A stretch of 64,000 bases of DNA from an uncultured Candidatus Saccharibacteria bacterium (GCA_964350165.1 CAYGJA010000001.1:4947-68946), one strand, 5' to 3'. Numbered from the stretch's first letter, positions 9,294-17,707 are shown. Numbers and translations are program-made. Notes: generated by a model not told the origin, from the sequence alone.

Positions 9294-9358
9294 CACAAAA
9301 ATAACCCCTCAAACAGGGTGTTTTTCAGCAAAATCACGTTGTAAACAAACAACTTTTT

Positions 9359-9378
9359 TAGGTTCGAACCCGAGTAGC
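9359..9378 (+). repeat. Remnant of the tRNA-Gln T-arm and acceptor
   Basis: TAGGTTCGAACCCGAGTAGC matches tRNA-Gln 6864..6880 (TAGGTTCGAGCCCTAGT) at 15 of 17 positions. It is not a foldable tRNA. Confidence 0.5.
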
Positions 9379-9585
9379 TTTTGAGGCTTAGGGTTTGTGG
9401 TTTTTTTAGTGTTAAAAGTAGAAATCAGGTTGAATAATATGGGTGCTTTTTAGTTTCGATCCTTCAGCCGGCCTAAAGCCTGGTCATGACCTAAAAACAA
9501 AATGTTTTAGTAGGATAAGCACAAGAAAAAAAAGAGACATCCCATACCCGCAAAATACTAGTAGAGAAGTTTTGAGAAAATTTTG

Positions 9586-9611
9586 CAAAAAAAGAACCCC
9601 TACTGAGGGGT
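9586..9611 (-). terminator. Intrinsic terminator for the macro-domain gene (minus strand)
   Basis: Minus-strand hairpin ACCCCT/AGGGGT followed by a U-run (an A7 tract on the plus strand), just downstream of the 9647 stop. Confidence 0.5.
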
Positions 9612-9646
9612 CCAACATAATTGGGGAGAAATAAAGAGTCCTAACC

Positions 9647-10156
9647 TTAAGCCAGCTGGGTGTTAAGCATTCGCTGAAACTCGGCCACCATCGATGGGTC
9701 ATTGTAGACCACAAAGGTGATACTCTCTAAGCTGCTATGTCGCGATAGATGATCCTTAACTCCTTGGACTATCTCACGGAGAGCCTCCTCTCTTGTTTCT
9801 TCAACTGCGCCCAGCATTACACCAGTGCGAATCATGGGAAGGGAAACTGTTCCGGCACCTGCGGTGTTTGCCTGATCGAGGCCAGCCCTTATGACTGTTC
9901 TCAGAGGAGCTTCGAGATCGTCTACCACAAAAATCACATCCTCAAATCCACCATTGTGTGGAGCCGTTTGAGGAGCATACACTGTGGTGCCTTGGGATAA
10001 AGACTTCCCTCTGGCTTGATCATGGAACATAGATCCTGCATTTTGCTGGATAACACGGTCGATGCCTCCAAACCACATACCACTAGAATTGATAGCTGTG
10101 ATCAAGGCGTCGGATTGAATGCGACTAATGTCGCCAGGAATAACGCGTACGTTCAT
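9647..10156 (-). CDS. Macro-domain protein (ADP-ribose / O-acetyl-ADP-ribose processing)
   Basis: 169 aa with the motifs GDISRIQSDALITAINSSG and GGIDRVI. Cassette 2. Confidence 0.75.
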   Translation of the reverse strand: MNVRVIPGDISRIQSDALITAINSSGMWFGGIDRVIQQNAGSMFHDQARGKSLSQGTTVYAPQTAPHNGGFEDVIFVVDDLEAPLRTVIRAGLDQANTAGAGTVSLPMIRTGVMLGAVEETREEALREIVQGVKDHLSRHSSLESITFVVYNDPSMVAEFQRMLNTQLA

Positions 10157-10189
10157 TTGATTGTGGGATTAAAAAGTTCATATTAATTT

Positions 10190-10220
10190 TATTATACCAC
10201 TTCAAGGAACCTCTTGTCAA
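10190..10220 (-). promoter_or_regulatory. Sigma70-like promoter for the macro gene (TTGACA-N18-TATAAT on the minus strand)
   Basis: The reverse complement reads cattgacaagaggttccttgaagtggtataat, about 35 nt upstream of the 10156 start. Confidence 0.5.
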
Positions 10221-10240
10221 TGCTTTGCCCACTTAATTTA

Positions 10241-10279
10241 TCTCAAAAAAGTTCCAACTTCGCCCCAGACGGCCAACAA
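10241..10279 (+). repeat. Cassette-boundary repeat copy 3 (34-bp core)
   Basis: Perfect copy of the core. Confidence 0.8.
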
Positions 10280-10319
10280 GTAAGAACCCCTGGTCCATTA
10301 CTTATGATATGCTCCAAGC

Positions 10320-11378
10320 ATGATTCAAATTAGCTTTAATAAGGTTACCTGGTATTCAAAACTGCTAGCTATCGTTTTATTTGTGGGAACTTTCTTGCTA
10401 GCCTTTTATCTTGGAAACGAAACCGGAAAACTTAGCAACACTACTAACGATCGCGCATCTGAAGGGGTCAACTCAACTAACCCAACGCAAGAAATTTCTG
10501 TCTCAAAATCCTTGGGCACTCAAACCCAACACGAGCCGATTCCTGGCACAGATAAAAAGATTGCCACAGACATACTCACCAGGGAGGTGTACAATTATCT
10601 TTTTTCTCAGAAATGCTATCTCGAAGATTGTAGTCTGTTTTATTCCGCCATGAGTGATATCACAGAGACAGCAGTTAGCACTATAGACAAAGCACATCTT
10701 GTTGTGGGTGGTAAAAACTATGGATTACTTGTAGCTCCTCCGAATAAAAATGAGTACGAAGAGGACTCCACCAGCCCGGGTCCAGTCGGGCCAGTCAGAT
10801 TAACCTTCGTTGATTACACCAACTCGTCAGAACCTTTTGTGGCTCAAACTTTATACCTTGAAGGGCTTATGGCTTGGGCTAGAAATGATTATGAATATTA
10901 TGCGAGTATTTCTATAGACGGAAAATATCCAAACAACGGATTTCTTTCGGGAGATGCATTTTATTTTGGCAACGCTCCATATAATTGCGTCACGCTTTGT
11001 GGCAACAGAATGGATATCTGGTATAGAGTTCTTTTTGACAAGGGCCTACAAAAGTTTATTGCCCAAAAACCGAATTACACACAGCTTGAGTCTATTTTGA
11101 ATAAAAAAAACATCACCATTGATTGGAAAAAAGAACATGGTATATATCTGGGTGGTTTTGAAATCTTTACAACCACAGACCCTCTCACTTTTCTTGCCAT
11201 AAAATATGACGAAGAGACTTTAACCCCAGAATACATTGTTTCTTTCGAAATACTTGAGAAGAATGAATCAGATTATCGATATGAGTGGAACGGTTTAGAT
11301 TCTGATTTCATCCAAAATATCAAATTAATCTACAACATAGATTCAAGCTTAACGCTAGAGGATGTTGTCGGAAACTAA
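10320..11378 (+). CDS. Hypothetical secreted or membrane-anchored protein
   Basis: 352 aa with an N-terminal signal anchor (LLAIVLFVGTFLLAFYLG), an S/T-rich linker, and an aromatic-rich domain. Cassette 3. Confidence 0.5.
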   Translation: MIQISFNKVTWYSKLLAIVLFVGTFLLAFYLGNETGKLSNTTNDRASEGVNSTNPTQEISVSKSLGTQTQHEPIPGTDKKIATDILTREVYNYLFSQKCYLEDCSLFYSAMSDITETAVSTIDKAHLVVGGKNYGLLVAPPNKNEYEEDSTSPGPVGPVRLTFVDYTNSSEPFVAQTLYLEGLMAWARNDYEYYASISIDGKYPNNGFLSGDAFYFGNAPYNCVTLCGNRMDIWYRVLFDKGLQKFIAQKPNYTQLESILNKKNITIDWKKEHGIYLGGFEIFTTTDPLTFLAIKYDEETLTPEYIVSFEILEKNESDYRYEWNGLDSDFIQNIKLIYNIDSSLTLEDVVGN

Positions 11379-11410
11379 GCTAGAAATTTGATACATCCAA
11401 ATGCATCGAG

Positions 11411-11450
11411 AAAGTCCCAACATCGTCATGGGCGGCCAACAAATGCTTTT
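11411..11450 (+). repeat. Degenerate fourth copy of the cassette-boundary repeat
   Basis: GAAAGTCCCAACATCGTCATGGGCGGCCAACAAATGCTTTTT shares AAAGT.CCAAC and GGCCAACAAATGCTTTTT with copy 1. Confidence 0.6.
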
Positions 11451-11478
11451 TTGGTAGGTGTTTTTTGTAAAAGAAAAG

Positions 11479-11673
11479 CCCTCCACTAAAAAGAGAGGGC
11501 TTAAAAAAATGGGGCCCCATAGCAAGGCGTAACCCCATAAAACGTATAATTCTGCTTCCCATATCTAGCAGAATTTATTTTATGGGGGAGGGTGCGACCT
11601 AAAGTCGCACCACAGGCCTTTTCTGCGATCGCTGGCGATCGCAGAAGCTTTCGGCGCGTTACGTGCCGAAAGG
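11479..11673. other. Cluster of five consecutive stem-loops between convergent genes; structured RNA or stacked terminators
   Basis: Hairpins at 11479-11503 (GCCCTC/GAGGGC), 11534-11588 (a bipartite stem of about 19 bp, CCCCATAAAA...TTTTATGGGG), 11592-11612 (GGTGCGAC/GTCGCACC), 11623-11646 (TCTGCGATCGC/GCGATCGCAGA, holding two GCGATCGC octamers), and 11649-11673 (CTTTCGGC/GCCGAAAG). Confidence 0.4.
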
Positions 11674-11805
11674 CCACGGGGGGGCAGAAGCGAAAAAGAT
11701 ACTTCTTATGTTAAGTATAGCATATTTAGCATATTTGTCAAGTACTTCCATCAAAAAAGCGAAAGATTTCAAGGGTCTGAAATTTGCCAGAAAGGACAAG
11801 GCGTA

Positions 11806-12255
11806 TCAAGTCGTTGGAAGACCAGGAGATTCGTCCTTATATCTAAAAATTTGATATAAAGCCTTAAGAATAAGGCCTTCGATCTCGTCGTTGTCCAAAG
11901 TTCGGCCTTTTTCCTTCTCTTCTTCTTCTTTTTTCTCGAAAATCTTTTTGCGAAGATCTTTGATTTGTTCGTCAGTAAGAGGATTGCCTTGGTCTTCAAA
12001 TTTTTTCAACATCATCTGAAAATGATATTCAAGTAGTTCCTGTGTGTATTTTTCTAGTTCTTGGGGATTTATGGTGTTATCTTTTCCGGGTTTGGGTTGT
12101 GTGGGTGGAACCAGATCCTGAGCAGTGCTTTCTCCGCCGTACGTTGCCGCAGATATAAAAAAGGCTAAAGCAAGAGCTTTTCCCATTCTTAATATTCTTG
12201 TTTTAAAAGTATTCGGTTGCGGAAATTTTTCAAAGCTATTTTTCATAGTAGGCAA
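11806..12255 (-). CDS. Hypothetical secreted Lys/Glu-rich protein
   Basis: 149 aa with a signal peptide (ALALAFFISAATYGG) and a charged helical remainder. Confidence 0.45.
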   Translation of the reverse strand: MPTMKNSFEKFPQPNTFKTRILRMGKALALAFFISAATYGGESTAQDLVPPTQPKPGKDNTINPQELEKYTQELLEYHFQMMLKKFEDQGNPLTDEQIKDLRKKIFEKKEEEEKEKGRTLDNDEIEGLILKALYQIFRYKDESPGLPTT

Positions 12256-12408
12256 ACAAATGAAATGATTATTGTCTTTTTTATTATACCATTTCAGAAA
12301 ACCAAAATATCTCGGAGAAGAAATACCCCTAACCGGAAACGGGGGGGGAGACAGGCCCTGATTTTTGAGTGGCCTAAATTTGACAAGATAAATATTTTAT
12401 TGTTTTTG

Positions 12409-12417
12409 TGCTATACT
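12409..12417 (+). promoter_or_regulatory. Extended -10 (TGcTATACT) 6 nt upstream of a GTG start
   Basis: TGCTATACT-accatt-GTG(12424). Confidence 0.35.
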
Positions 12418-12423
12418 ACCATT

Positions 12424-13353
12424 GTGAATACAACAAAATCTTCTCTTGTCTTTTTTTTCTCTATCACTATCGTCCTGTCGCTTGGAACCTATTTTGTTTA
12501 TACAAAAAACAACACTGACCCGCTAATCAATAATTCAGCACCTCTCGAAGAAACTGTGGTTGAATACAAAAATACTGATTATGGTTTTACTTTTTCTTTG
12601 CCTGACAATTGGCTGGGATACTCTGTGGAGACCGATACCTGGACAGGGAATCCTCTGGGAAGTAGCGCCACATCAGAAATGGGACCGAAATTTTTAATAC
12701 GTAACCCAAAGTGGACCCACGACACTCCCTACCAAGACATACCAATTCTTGTTTTTACTTTGACCCAATGGGGCGCCTATCAGAATGAAAATTTTGCTGT
12801 GTCTGCAGCCCCTATCCCTGCCACCGAACTAGCTCGGAACAATGTGTACGTTTTTGCTTTGCCACCAAGATGGGATTTTGATTACAAACAGGATTACAAA
12901 GAAGCTCAGGATATTGTTCGAAGCAACCCACTACAAGCATTCGAAATCTCGAGCGCAATGATCCTAGAAGAAGGGCAGTATTGCTATGTTTATCATCACG
13001 AAGGAACCAAAGAAGAACCCTACACCGTAGACGAGCTGGTTGGTATTTATGTGCAAGGAGGAATCGTCGACGGAATGAAAACAGGAACCCAAAGTGGTCC
13101 AGACATGACGAACGGCTACTCGGGAACACTGGCGGGAACTATCCAAAAAAACATGATTGATGTTGTCTTTGCATACACCATCGAAGGTTCTAGCAGTAAA
13201 GAAAAAGAGATATATCGAGTAAAGGACGATCTCAGTGGAATTGAAAAATTACGTTACCCACTAGAAGAAAAAAACGGAGTGCTCGTGCCCGACAGAACCA
13301 AAGAATTTGAAGCTCTTTTTTATGCTCAAATTAGTTGCGAAACTTCAGACTAA
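12424..13353 (+). CDS. Hypothetical secreted protein (probable GTG start)
   Basis: The track ORF 12217..13353 has no ATG before its hydrophobic segment. The in-frame GTG at 12424 gives a signal anchor (SLVFFFSITIVLSLGTYFVY). No recognisable family. Confidence 0.45.
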   Translation: MNTTKSSLVFFFSITIVLSLGTYFVYTKNNTDPLINNSAPLEETVVEYKNTDYGFTFSLPDNWLGYSVETDTWTGNPLGSSATSEMGPKFLIRNPKWTHDTPYQDIPILVFTLTQWGAYQNENFAVSAAPIPATELARNNVYVFALPPRWDFDYKQDYKEAQDIVRSNPLQAFEISSAMILEEGQYCYVYHHEGTKEEPYTVDELVGIYVQGGIVDGMKTGTQSGPDMTNGYSGTLAGTIQKNMIDVVFAYTIEGSSSKEKEIYRVKDDLSGIEKLRYPLEEKNGVLVPDRTKEFEALFYAQISCETSD

Positions 13354-13429
13354 TCAATAAAAAAGAGAGTGGAAGGTATTTACACCAGTTACACCTTGTA
13401 TTTTTGACATTAGAAAAAAGGGGTGTAAA

Positions 13430-14113
13430 ATGACTTTCATGAATACCGTATTAACACCCAAACAAAAAGAAGTTCTCGACCTGATTGTTAATTTTTCTAG
13501 AAAAAATAATGCGACTACGCCTACTTTGGATTGGTTACGTCAAGAAATTGGTTGCAAATCAATCAACAGCGTTGTTAAACATCTAAAAGCCCTGGAAACA
13601 AAAGGCGTCATTGCTCGTCGCAAACACGCCAAAGAAAACAACATTGTCATCTTGGAACAAAAAAGCATAAGGGGCCCTCAGATGATATCGGTGCCAGTTA
13701 TTGCTTCGGTTGGTTGTGATAATATGAGCGTCTTTGCCCAAGAAAACACTGACGAATATCTAACAGTAGACGCTAGCCTGATCGGCAAAAAACGCCTCGT
13801 GGCCATTCGAGCCGAGGGCGACAGCATGAATGATGCTGGCGTAGAAAACGGAGATTATGCCCTGGTAGAGATTCTCGAGAATGGCGAACCAATCAAAAAT
13901 GGCGAAATCGTAACGGCCATCATTGACGGTATGGCAGTACTCAAAAGATACGAAAAAAAAGACGGTGTAGTTATCTTGTACCCACAATCCCGAAACCCTC
14001 AACACAAACCTATCGTTGTTAATCAATCCTTCCGAATTATAGGTCGACTATGGCAAATGATCCCAGGGTTTGCCGAGGATGATTTTACCTTTGTCCCCGA
14101 GCCTAGTTTTTAA
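13430..14113 (+). CDS. lexA: LexA repressor (wHTH + S24 peptidase)
   Basis: 227 aa. The N-terminal wHTH is TPKQKEVLDLI...LKALETKGVIAR. The C-terminus has a Ser-Lys dyad (AEGDSMNDAG; MAVLKRYEKKDG). Confidence 0.85.
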   Translation: MTFMNTVLTPKQKEVLDLIVNFSRKNNATTPTLDWLRQEIGCKSINSVVKHLKALETKGVIARRKHAKENNIVILEQKSIRGPQMISVPVIASVGCDNMSVFAQENTDEYLTVDASLIGKKRLVAIRAEGDSMNDAGVENGDYALVEILENGEPIKNGEIVTAIIDGMAVLKRYEKKDGVVILYPQSRNPQHKPIVVNQSFRIIGRLWQMIPGFAEDDFTFVPEPSF

Positions 14114-14124
14114 GAAAAATTCAA

Positions 14125-14457
14125 ATGAGCATCTCGAATGAATTTATTGATTATGTTACAGAACTCCTAGAACCGGTCGGCCCAGTATCTGTTTCCCGAA
14201 TGTTCGGCGGTGCCTTGATCAAAGTAAGAAATATTCAGCTTGGTATCATTATTGATGACCGTCTTTTTTTCAAAATTACCGACAAATTAATCCAGGGAAA
14301 ATACCAAACCCAGGGCTCAGAGCAGTTCTCTTATCTAAGAAAAGACAAAAAAGAACCAATTATTATCAAAAATTGGTGGTCCGTACCCACAGCTGCGCTT
14401 GATGACAGTGACCTATTGGTAGAACTAGCCGAAGAAGCACTCAACCAAGAGAGCTAA
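14125..14457 (+). CDS. TfoX/Sxy N-terminal-domain protein
   Basis: 110 aa carrying VSRMFGGALIKVRNIQLGIIIDDRLFFK, which is TfoX_N-like. Sits 12 nt downstream of lexA. Confidence 0.55.
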   Translation: MSISNEFIDYVTELLEPVGPVSVSRMFGGALIKVRNIQLGIIIDDRLFFKITDKLIQGKYQTQGSEQFSYLRKDKKEPIIIKNWWSVPTAALDDSDLLVELAEEALNQES

Positions 14458-14504
14458 TCTTTGCTTTACATTGACCGGTGGCGCCCATACAATAAATATA
14501 TTAT

Positions 14505-15053
14505 TTGGTAGCAAAGTTATTTTCTATGATGAATTCTTCAAAAACACTACTTATTATTTTGGCAGTTATTATTCTCGGCGTTGGAATTTGGTTTGGCATC
14601 AGCAAACAAGAATCGCCAATGGGAGAAATAATGTCTGATGAAGAAATCACAACCGGAGAGATGGAGATGCCCACCCAAGATGCCGACCCTGCAATAAAAG
14701 AAACCGAAGTAATAATGGAGGATTCGGGCCAAATGATGGAAACAGCCGGAACCTACGAAGAATATTCTGCCGAAAAAATAGCCCTGGCGGGCGAAGGTAA
14801 AGTGGTTATTTTCTTTCACGCAACCTGGTGCCCAACTTGCCGAGCGGCAGACAAGAACATCACAGAAAACATTACATCAATCCCGGCCGGAGTTCATATC
14901 CTCAAAGCAAACTACGATAACGAAACTGCTCTCAGACAAAAATATGGCGTAACCACTCAACACACCTTTGTCCAAGTGGACGCAGATGGGGAAATGATTA
15001 CCAAATTCAGCGGGCAACGAAAATTGAGCGACATTCTAAGTAGCGTGCAATAA
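14505..15053 (+). CDS. Membrane-anchored thioredoxin-like thiol:disulfide oxidoreductase
   Basis: 182 aa with an N-terminal TM helix and a WCPTC active site. Confidence 0.7.
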   Translation: MVAKLFSMMNSSKTLLIILAVIILGVGIWFGISKQESPMGEIMSDEEITTGEMEMPTQDADPAIKETEVIMEDSGQMMETAGTYEEYSAEKIALAGEGKVVIFFHATWCPTCRAADKNITENITSIPAGVHILKANYDNETALRQKYGVTTQHTFVQVDADGEMITKFSGQRKLSDILSSVQ

Positions 15054-15058
15054 GCCCT

Positions 15059-15787
15059 ATGACACTTTTCATTATCTCTTTCTTGGCGGGGGTGCTGACT
15101 GTGCTTGCCCCGTGCATATTGCCCTTGTTGCCAGTCGTGGTGGGCTCCACCGCAGCCAAACGGCACAAATCGACCCCCTATGTGGTCGTGGGATCACTGG
15201 GTCTCTCTATCATTCTCTTTACCTATCTCCTCAAGGCCTCGACGGCTTTTATCACGATTCCGCCAGAGATTTGGACCTATTTGTCAGGAGGAATCCTTGT
15301 CTTCTTTGGTCTGACTCTGGTCTTTCCTGGTCTTTGGGAAAAAATCCCTGGCTTGGCAAAACTTTCGACCAAGTCAAACAAGCTCGTGGGTACGGGTTAT
15401 CAGAAAAAAAATTTTTGGGGTGACGTATTGATCGGGGCAGCCCTTGGGCCAGTATTCTCGACCTGTTCACCAACTTATTTTGTCATCCTGGCTTCGGTAT
15501 TACCGGTATCGTTTGCGCTGGGTACCATCTATTTGCTGGCTTATGTGGCTGGACTTTCATTGGTTCTCTTGCTCATTGCTATTCTGGGGCAACGCTTTGC
15601 CGATCGTTTGTCCAAATTTGCAGCTTCTCGAGGAAAAACAAAGCGAATTATTGGCGTCGTTTTTGTACTGCTTGGAATACTCATTGCCACGGGGTATATC
15701 AAACAAATCGAAACCTCAATCCTTGATAGCGGTTACTTTGATATCACGAAAGTAGAGCAAAAACTTCTTGAGCGAGTCGATTTCTAA
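15059..15787 (+). CDS. ccdA: CcdA/DsbD-family thiol-disulfide transporter (6 TM)
   Basis: 242 aa with LAGVLTVLAPCILPLLPVVVG and a second Cys-containing helix. Operonic with the thioredoxin gene. Confidence 0.7.
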   Translation: MTLFIISFLAGVLTVLAPCILPLLPVVVGSTAAKRHKSTPYVVVGSLGLSIILFTYLLKASTAFITIPPEIWTYLSGGILVFFGLTLVFPGLWEKIPGLAKLSTKSNKLVGTGYQKKNFWGDVLIGAALGPVFSTCSPTYFVILASVLPVSFALGTIYLLAYVAGLSLVLLLIAILGQRFADRLSKFAASRGKTKRIIGVVFVLLGILIATGYIKQIETSILDSGYFDITKVEQKLLERVDF

Positions 15788-15807
15788 TTCTACAAATTAA
15801 ATAACAT

Positions 15808-15816
15808 TGCTATTAT
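15808..15816 (+). promoter_or_regulatory. Extended -10 (TGcTATTAT) 6 nt upstream of the GIY-YIG ATG
   Basis: TGCTATTAT-cacagg-ATG(15823). Confidence 0.45.
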
Positions 15817-15822
15817 CACAGG

Positions 15823-16092
15823 ATGAGCAATGACAGCACCGAAACCAAATACAGTGTGTATATCTTACGTTGCGCAGACGGCACCCTCTATACCGGTTCG
15901 ACTAACGACCTGACCAAGCGCCTCCACGCACACAATCACACTAAACAAGGAGCAAAATACACCCGAGGCAGAAGGCCGGTCCAATTGCTCTATTCTAAAT
16001 CTTTCTCAGACATTGGGTTAGCTCTAAGAAGAGAGGCGGAAATCAAAAAAATGAGCCGGAAAGAAAAACTCAATCTCATTAATTCACGATAA
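15823..16092 (+). CDS. GIY-YIG domain protein (UPF0213/YhbQ-like)
   Basis: 89 aa starting YSVYILRCADGTLYTGSTNDLTKRLHAHN. Confidence 0.7.
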   Translation: MSNDSTETKYSVYILRCADGTLYTGSTNDLTKRLHAHNHTKQGAKYTRGRRPVQLLYSKSFSDIGLALRREAEIKKMSRKEKLNLINSR

Positions 16093-16162
16093 TTAGTTGT
16101 GTATTAGGCTCTTTTCCAGTATCTTGGGCCCAGCGGGTGTCCGTTTGCCCCAAACCTATTTC

Positions 16163-17641
16163 ATGTCGCAAAAAGATAAAGTAGTAATCCGTTTTGACGA
16201 AGTGTTCTTTGAGCACAGCACCAACGCACCAGTTCTAAATGAGGCGAGTTTTACTGTGAGAGAAGGATCAAAAATAACTCTCATGGGGCAAAACGGGGCG
16301 GGTAAAAGTACTTTGTTTGGACTTATTACCGGCAAACTCAAGCCAGAGCTCGGAGAAATTCATGTCGACCAAGGGCTCTCGATTGCAATATCAAAGCAAG
16401 TCATTCCTCGCGATCAACTAGAGCTTTCCGTTCGGGAATTTTTCGAAAAAAGCTTTACCGAAAAAGTATACGCCATTGATCCAAAAATCGACGAAGTACT
16501 CGAAGCCGTTAACCTCAAAGCTGACAAAGAAAAACAAATCAAAGATTTTTCTGGTGGTCAGCAGGCAAGACTACTCCTTGCTTCGGCTCTGATTCAAAAA
16601 CCAGACATCCTGCTCCTGGATGAACCCACCAACAATCTAGACAAGGCAGGCATTGATCATCTCAAAAAATTTCTTCAAGATTTCAAAAACACAGTAATTG
16701 TTATTTCCCATGATGCAGATTTTCTAAACTCATTCACCGAAGGTGTTTTGTATCTGAATGTCTACACAAAAAAAATCGAACAATATGTAGGCAACTACAT
16801 CAAGGTAGTCCGAGATATCACTGCTCAAATAGAAAAAGAAAAGCGAAAAAATGCCCAGTATGAAAAGCATATTCAAGAAAAGAAAGACAAGGCTAATTTT
16901 TTCGCCAACAAGGGTGGTCGCATGCGTGTCCTGGCCCGTCGTATGCGCGAAAGTGCCGAAGAGGCCGAAGAAGCAAAGGTTGACGTTCGCCGCGATGACA
17001 AAACCATCCGTGAATTCGAAATAGGAATAAAAGAAAATCACATTGGCGACATACTCCGCATCGAATCGCTTTCTATTATGGGCAAAAATGGCCCCGTAGA
17101 TAGAATGGCGAATGTTTCTCTTCGCAAAGATCAACACTTGCTTCTCACTGGGCCCAACGGTATTGGCAAAAGCACCCTTCTAGAGAGCCTAGCTCAGGGG
17201 ACCAACCCCGGTGCGATTATTAGCCCTGGTGTTCGAGTTGGTTATTACCGTCAGGATTTTTCTACACTCAATTTTGAATCAACGGTTTACCAAACCCTTC
17301 GCGAAGCCCTTAACAAAGACGACGAGCATGTTTTGCGTAGCGTAGCGGCAGGATTCCTTCTTACCAAAGAAGTCATTGGTTCAAAAATCGGCACCTTGTC
17401 TGAAGGACAAAAAGGTCTGGTGGCTTTTGCCCAGCTGACCCTATTACAACCAACCCTGCTCATTCTTGACGAACCCACCAACCACATTAATTTTCGTCAT
17501 CTACCAGTCATTGCCAAAGCGCTAGATAATTACAAGGGAGCCATGGTTCTGGTTTCTCACGTACCAGAATTTGTAAGCCAAATCAGAATAGACGAAACCC
17601 TAGACCTAGAAAAACTAAAGCCAGTTCCCAAAAACAAGTAG
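16163..17641 (+). CDS. ABC-F family ATPase (tandem ABC domains, no TM)
   Basis: Two Walker A motifs (GQNGAGKST and GPNGIGKST), two signature motifs (LSGGQQAR and LSEGQKG), and an interdomain linker. The start is reset to the ATG at 16163 (MSQKDK). Confidence 0.85.
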   Translation: MSQKDKVVIRFDEVFFEHSTNAPVLNEASFTVREGSKITLMGQNGAGKSTLFGLITGKLKPELGEIHVDQGLSIAISKQVIPRDQLELSVREFFEKSFTEKVYAIDPKIDEVLEAVNLKADKEKQIKDFSGGQQARLLLASALIQKPDILLLDEPTNNLDKAGIDHLKKFLQDFKNTVIVISHDADFLNSFTEGVLYLNVYTKKIEQYVGNYIKVVRDITAQIEKEKRKNAQYEKHIQEKKDKANFFANKGGRMRVLARRMRESAEEAEEAKVDVRRDDKTIREFEIGIKENHIGDILRIESLSIMGKNGPVDRMANVSLRKDQHLLLTGPNGIGKSTLLESLAQGTNPGAIISPGVRVGYYRQDFSTLNFESTVYQTLREALNKDDEHVLRSVAAGFLLTKEVIGSKIGTLSEGQKGLVAFAQLTLLQPTLLILDEPTNHINFRHLPVIAKALDNYKGAMVLVSHVPEFVSQIRIDETLDLEKLKPVPKNK

Positions 17642-17707
17642 CCTGGTTGCTATTTGACAAATAAAGAACTATATTGTGAATCTTAATTAACTACACAAGT
17701 ATTATAT

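Larger units (their letters stand above)
6888..11450 (+). mobile_element. tRNA-Gln-anchored AT-rich accessory island / cassette array
   Basis: It begins 1 nt after tRNA-Gln. Composition is very AT-rich to about 8.7 kb. Four tRNA-3'-end-like boundary repeats and one T-arm remnant are present. The cargo is DUF2726, a possible HEPN protein, NUDIX, macro, and a secreted protein. No integrase. Confidence 0.45.

Noticed and set aside
11409-11430. GAGAAAGUCCC resembles the RNase P RNA P4/CR-I (GGAAAGUCCGGGC), so an RNase P RNA gene was considered.
   Set aside because: The downstream sequence does not continue into the conserved GGGCUCCAUAGGGCA or any other P RNA helix. The match is a short chance resemblance inside the degenerate boundary repeat.
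8741-11450. Could the perfectly conserved 34-bp direct repeats be a CRISPR array?
   Set aside because: The spacing is 0.5-1.2 kb, with complete protein-coding genes, promoters and terminators between copies. There are no cas genes and no short uniform spacers.
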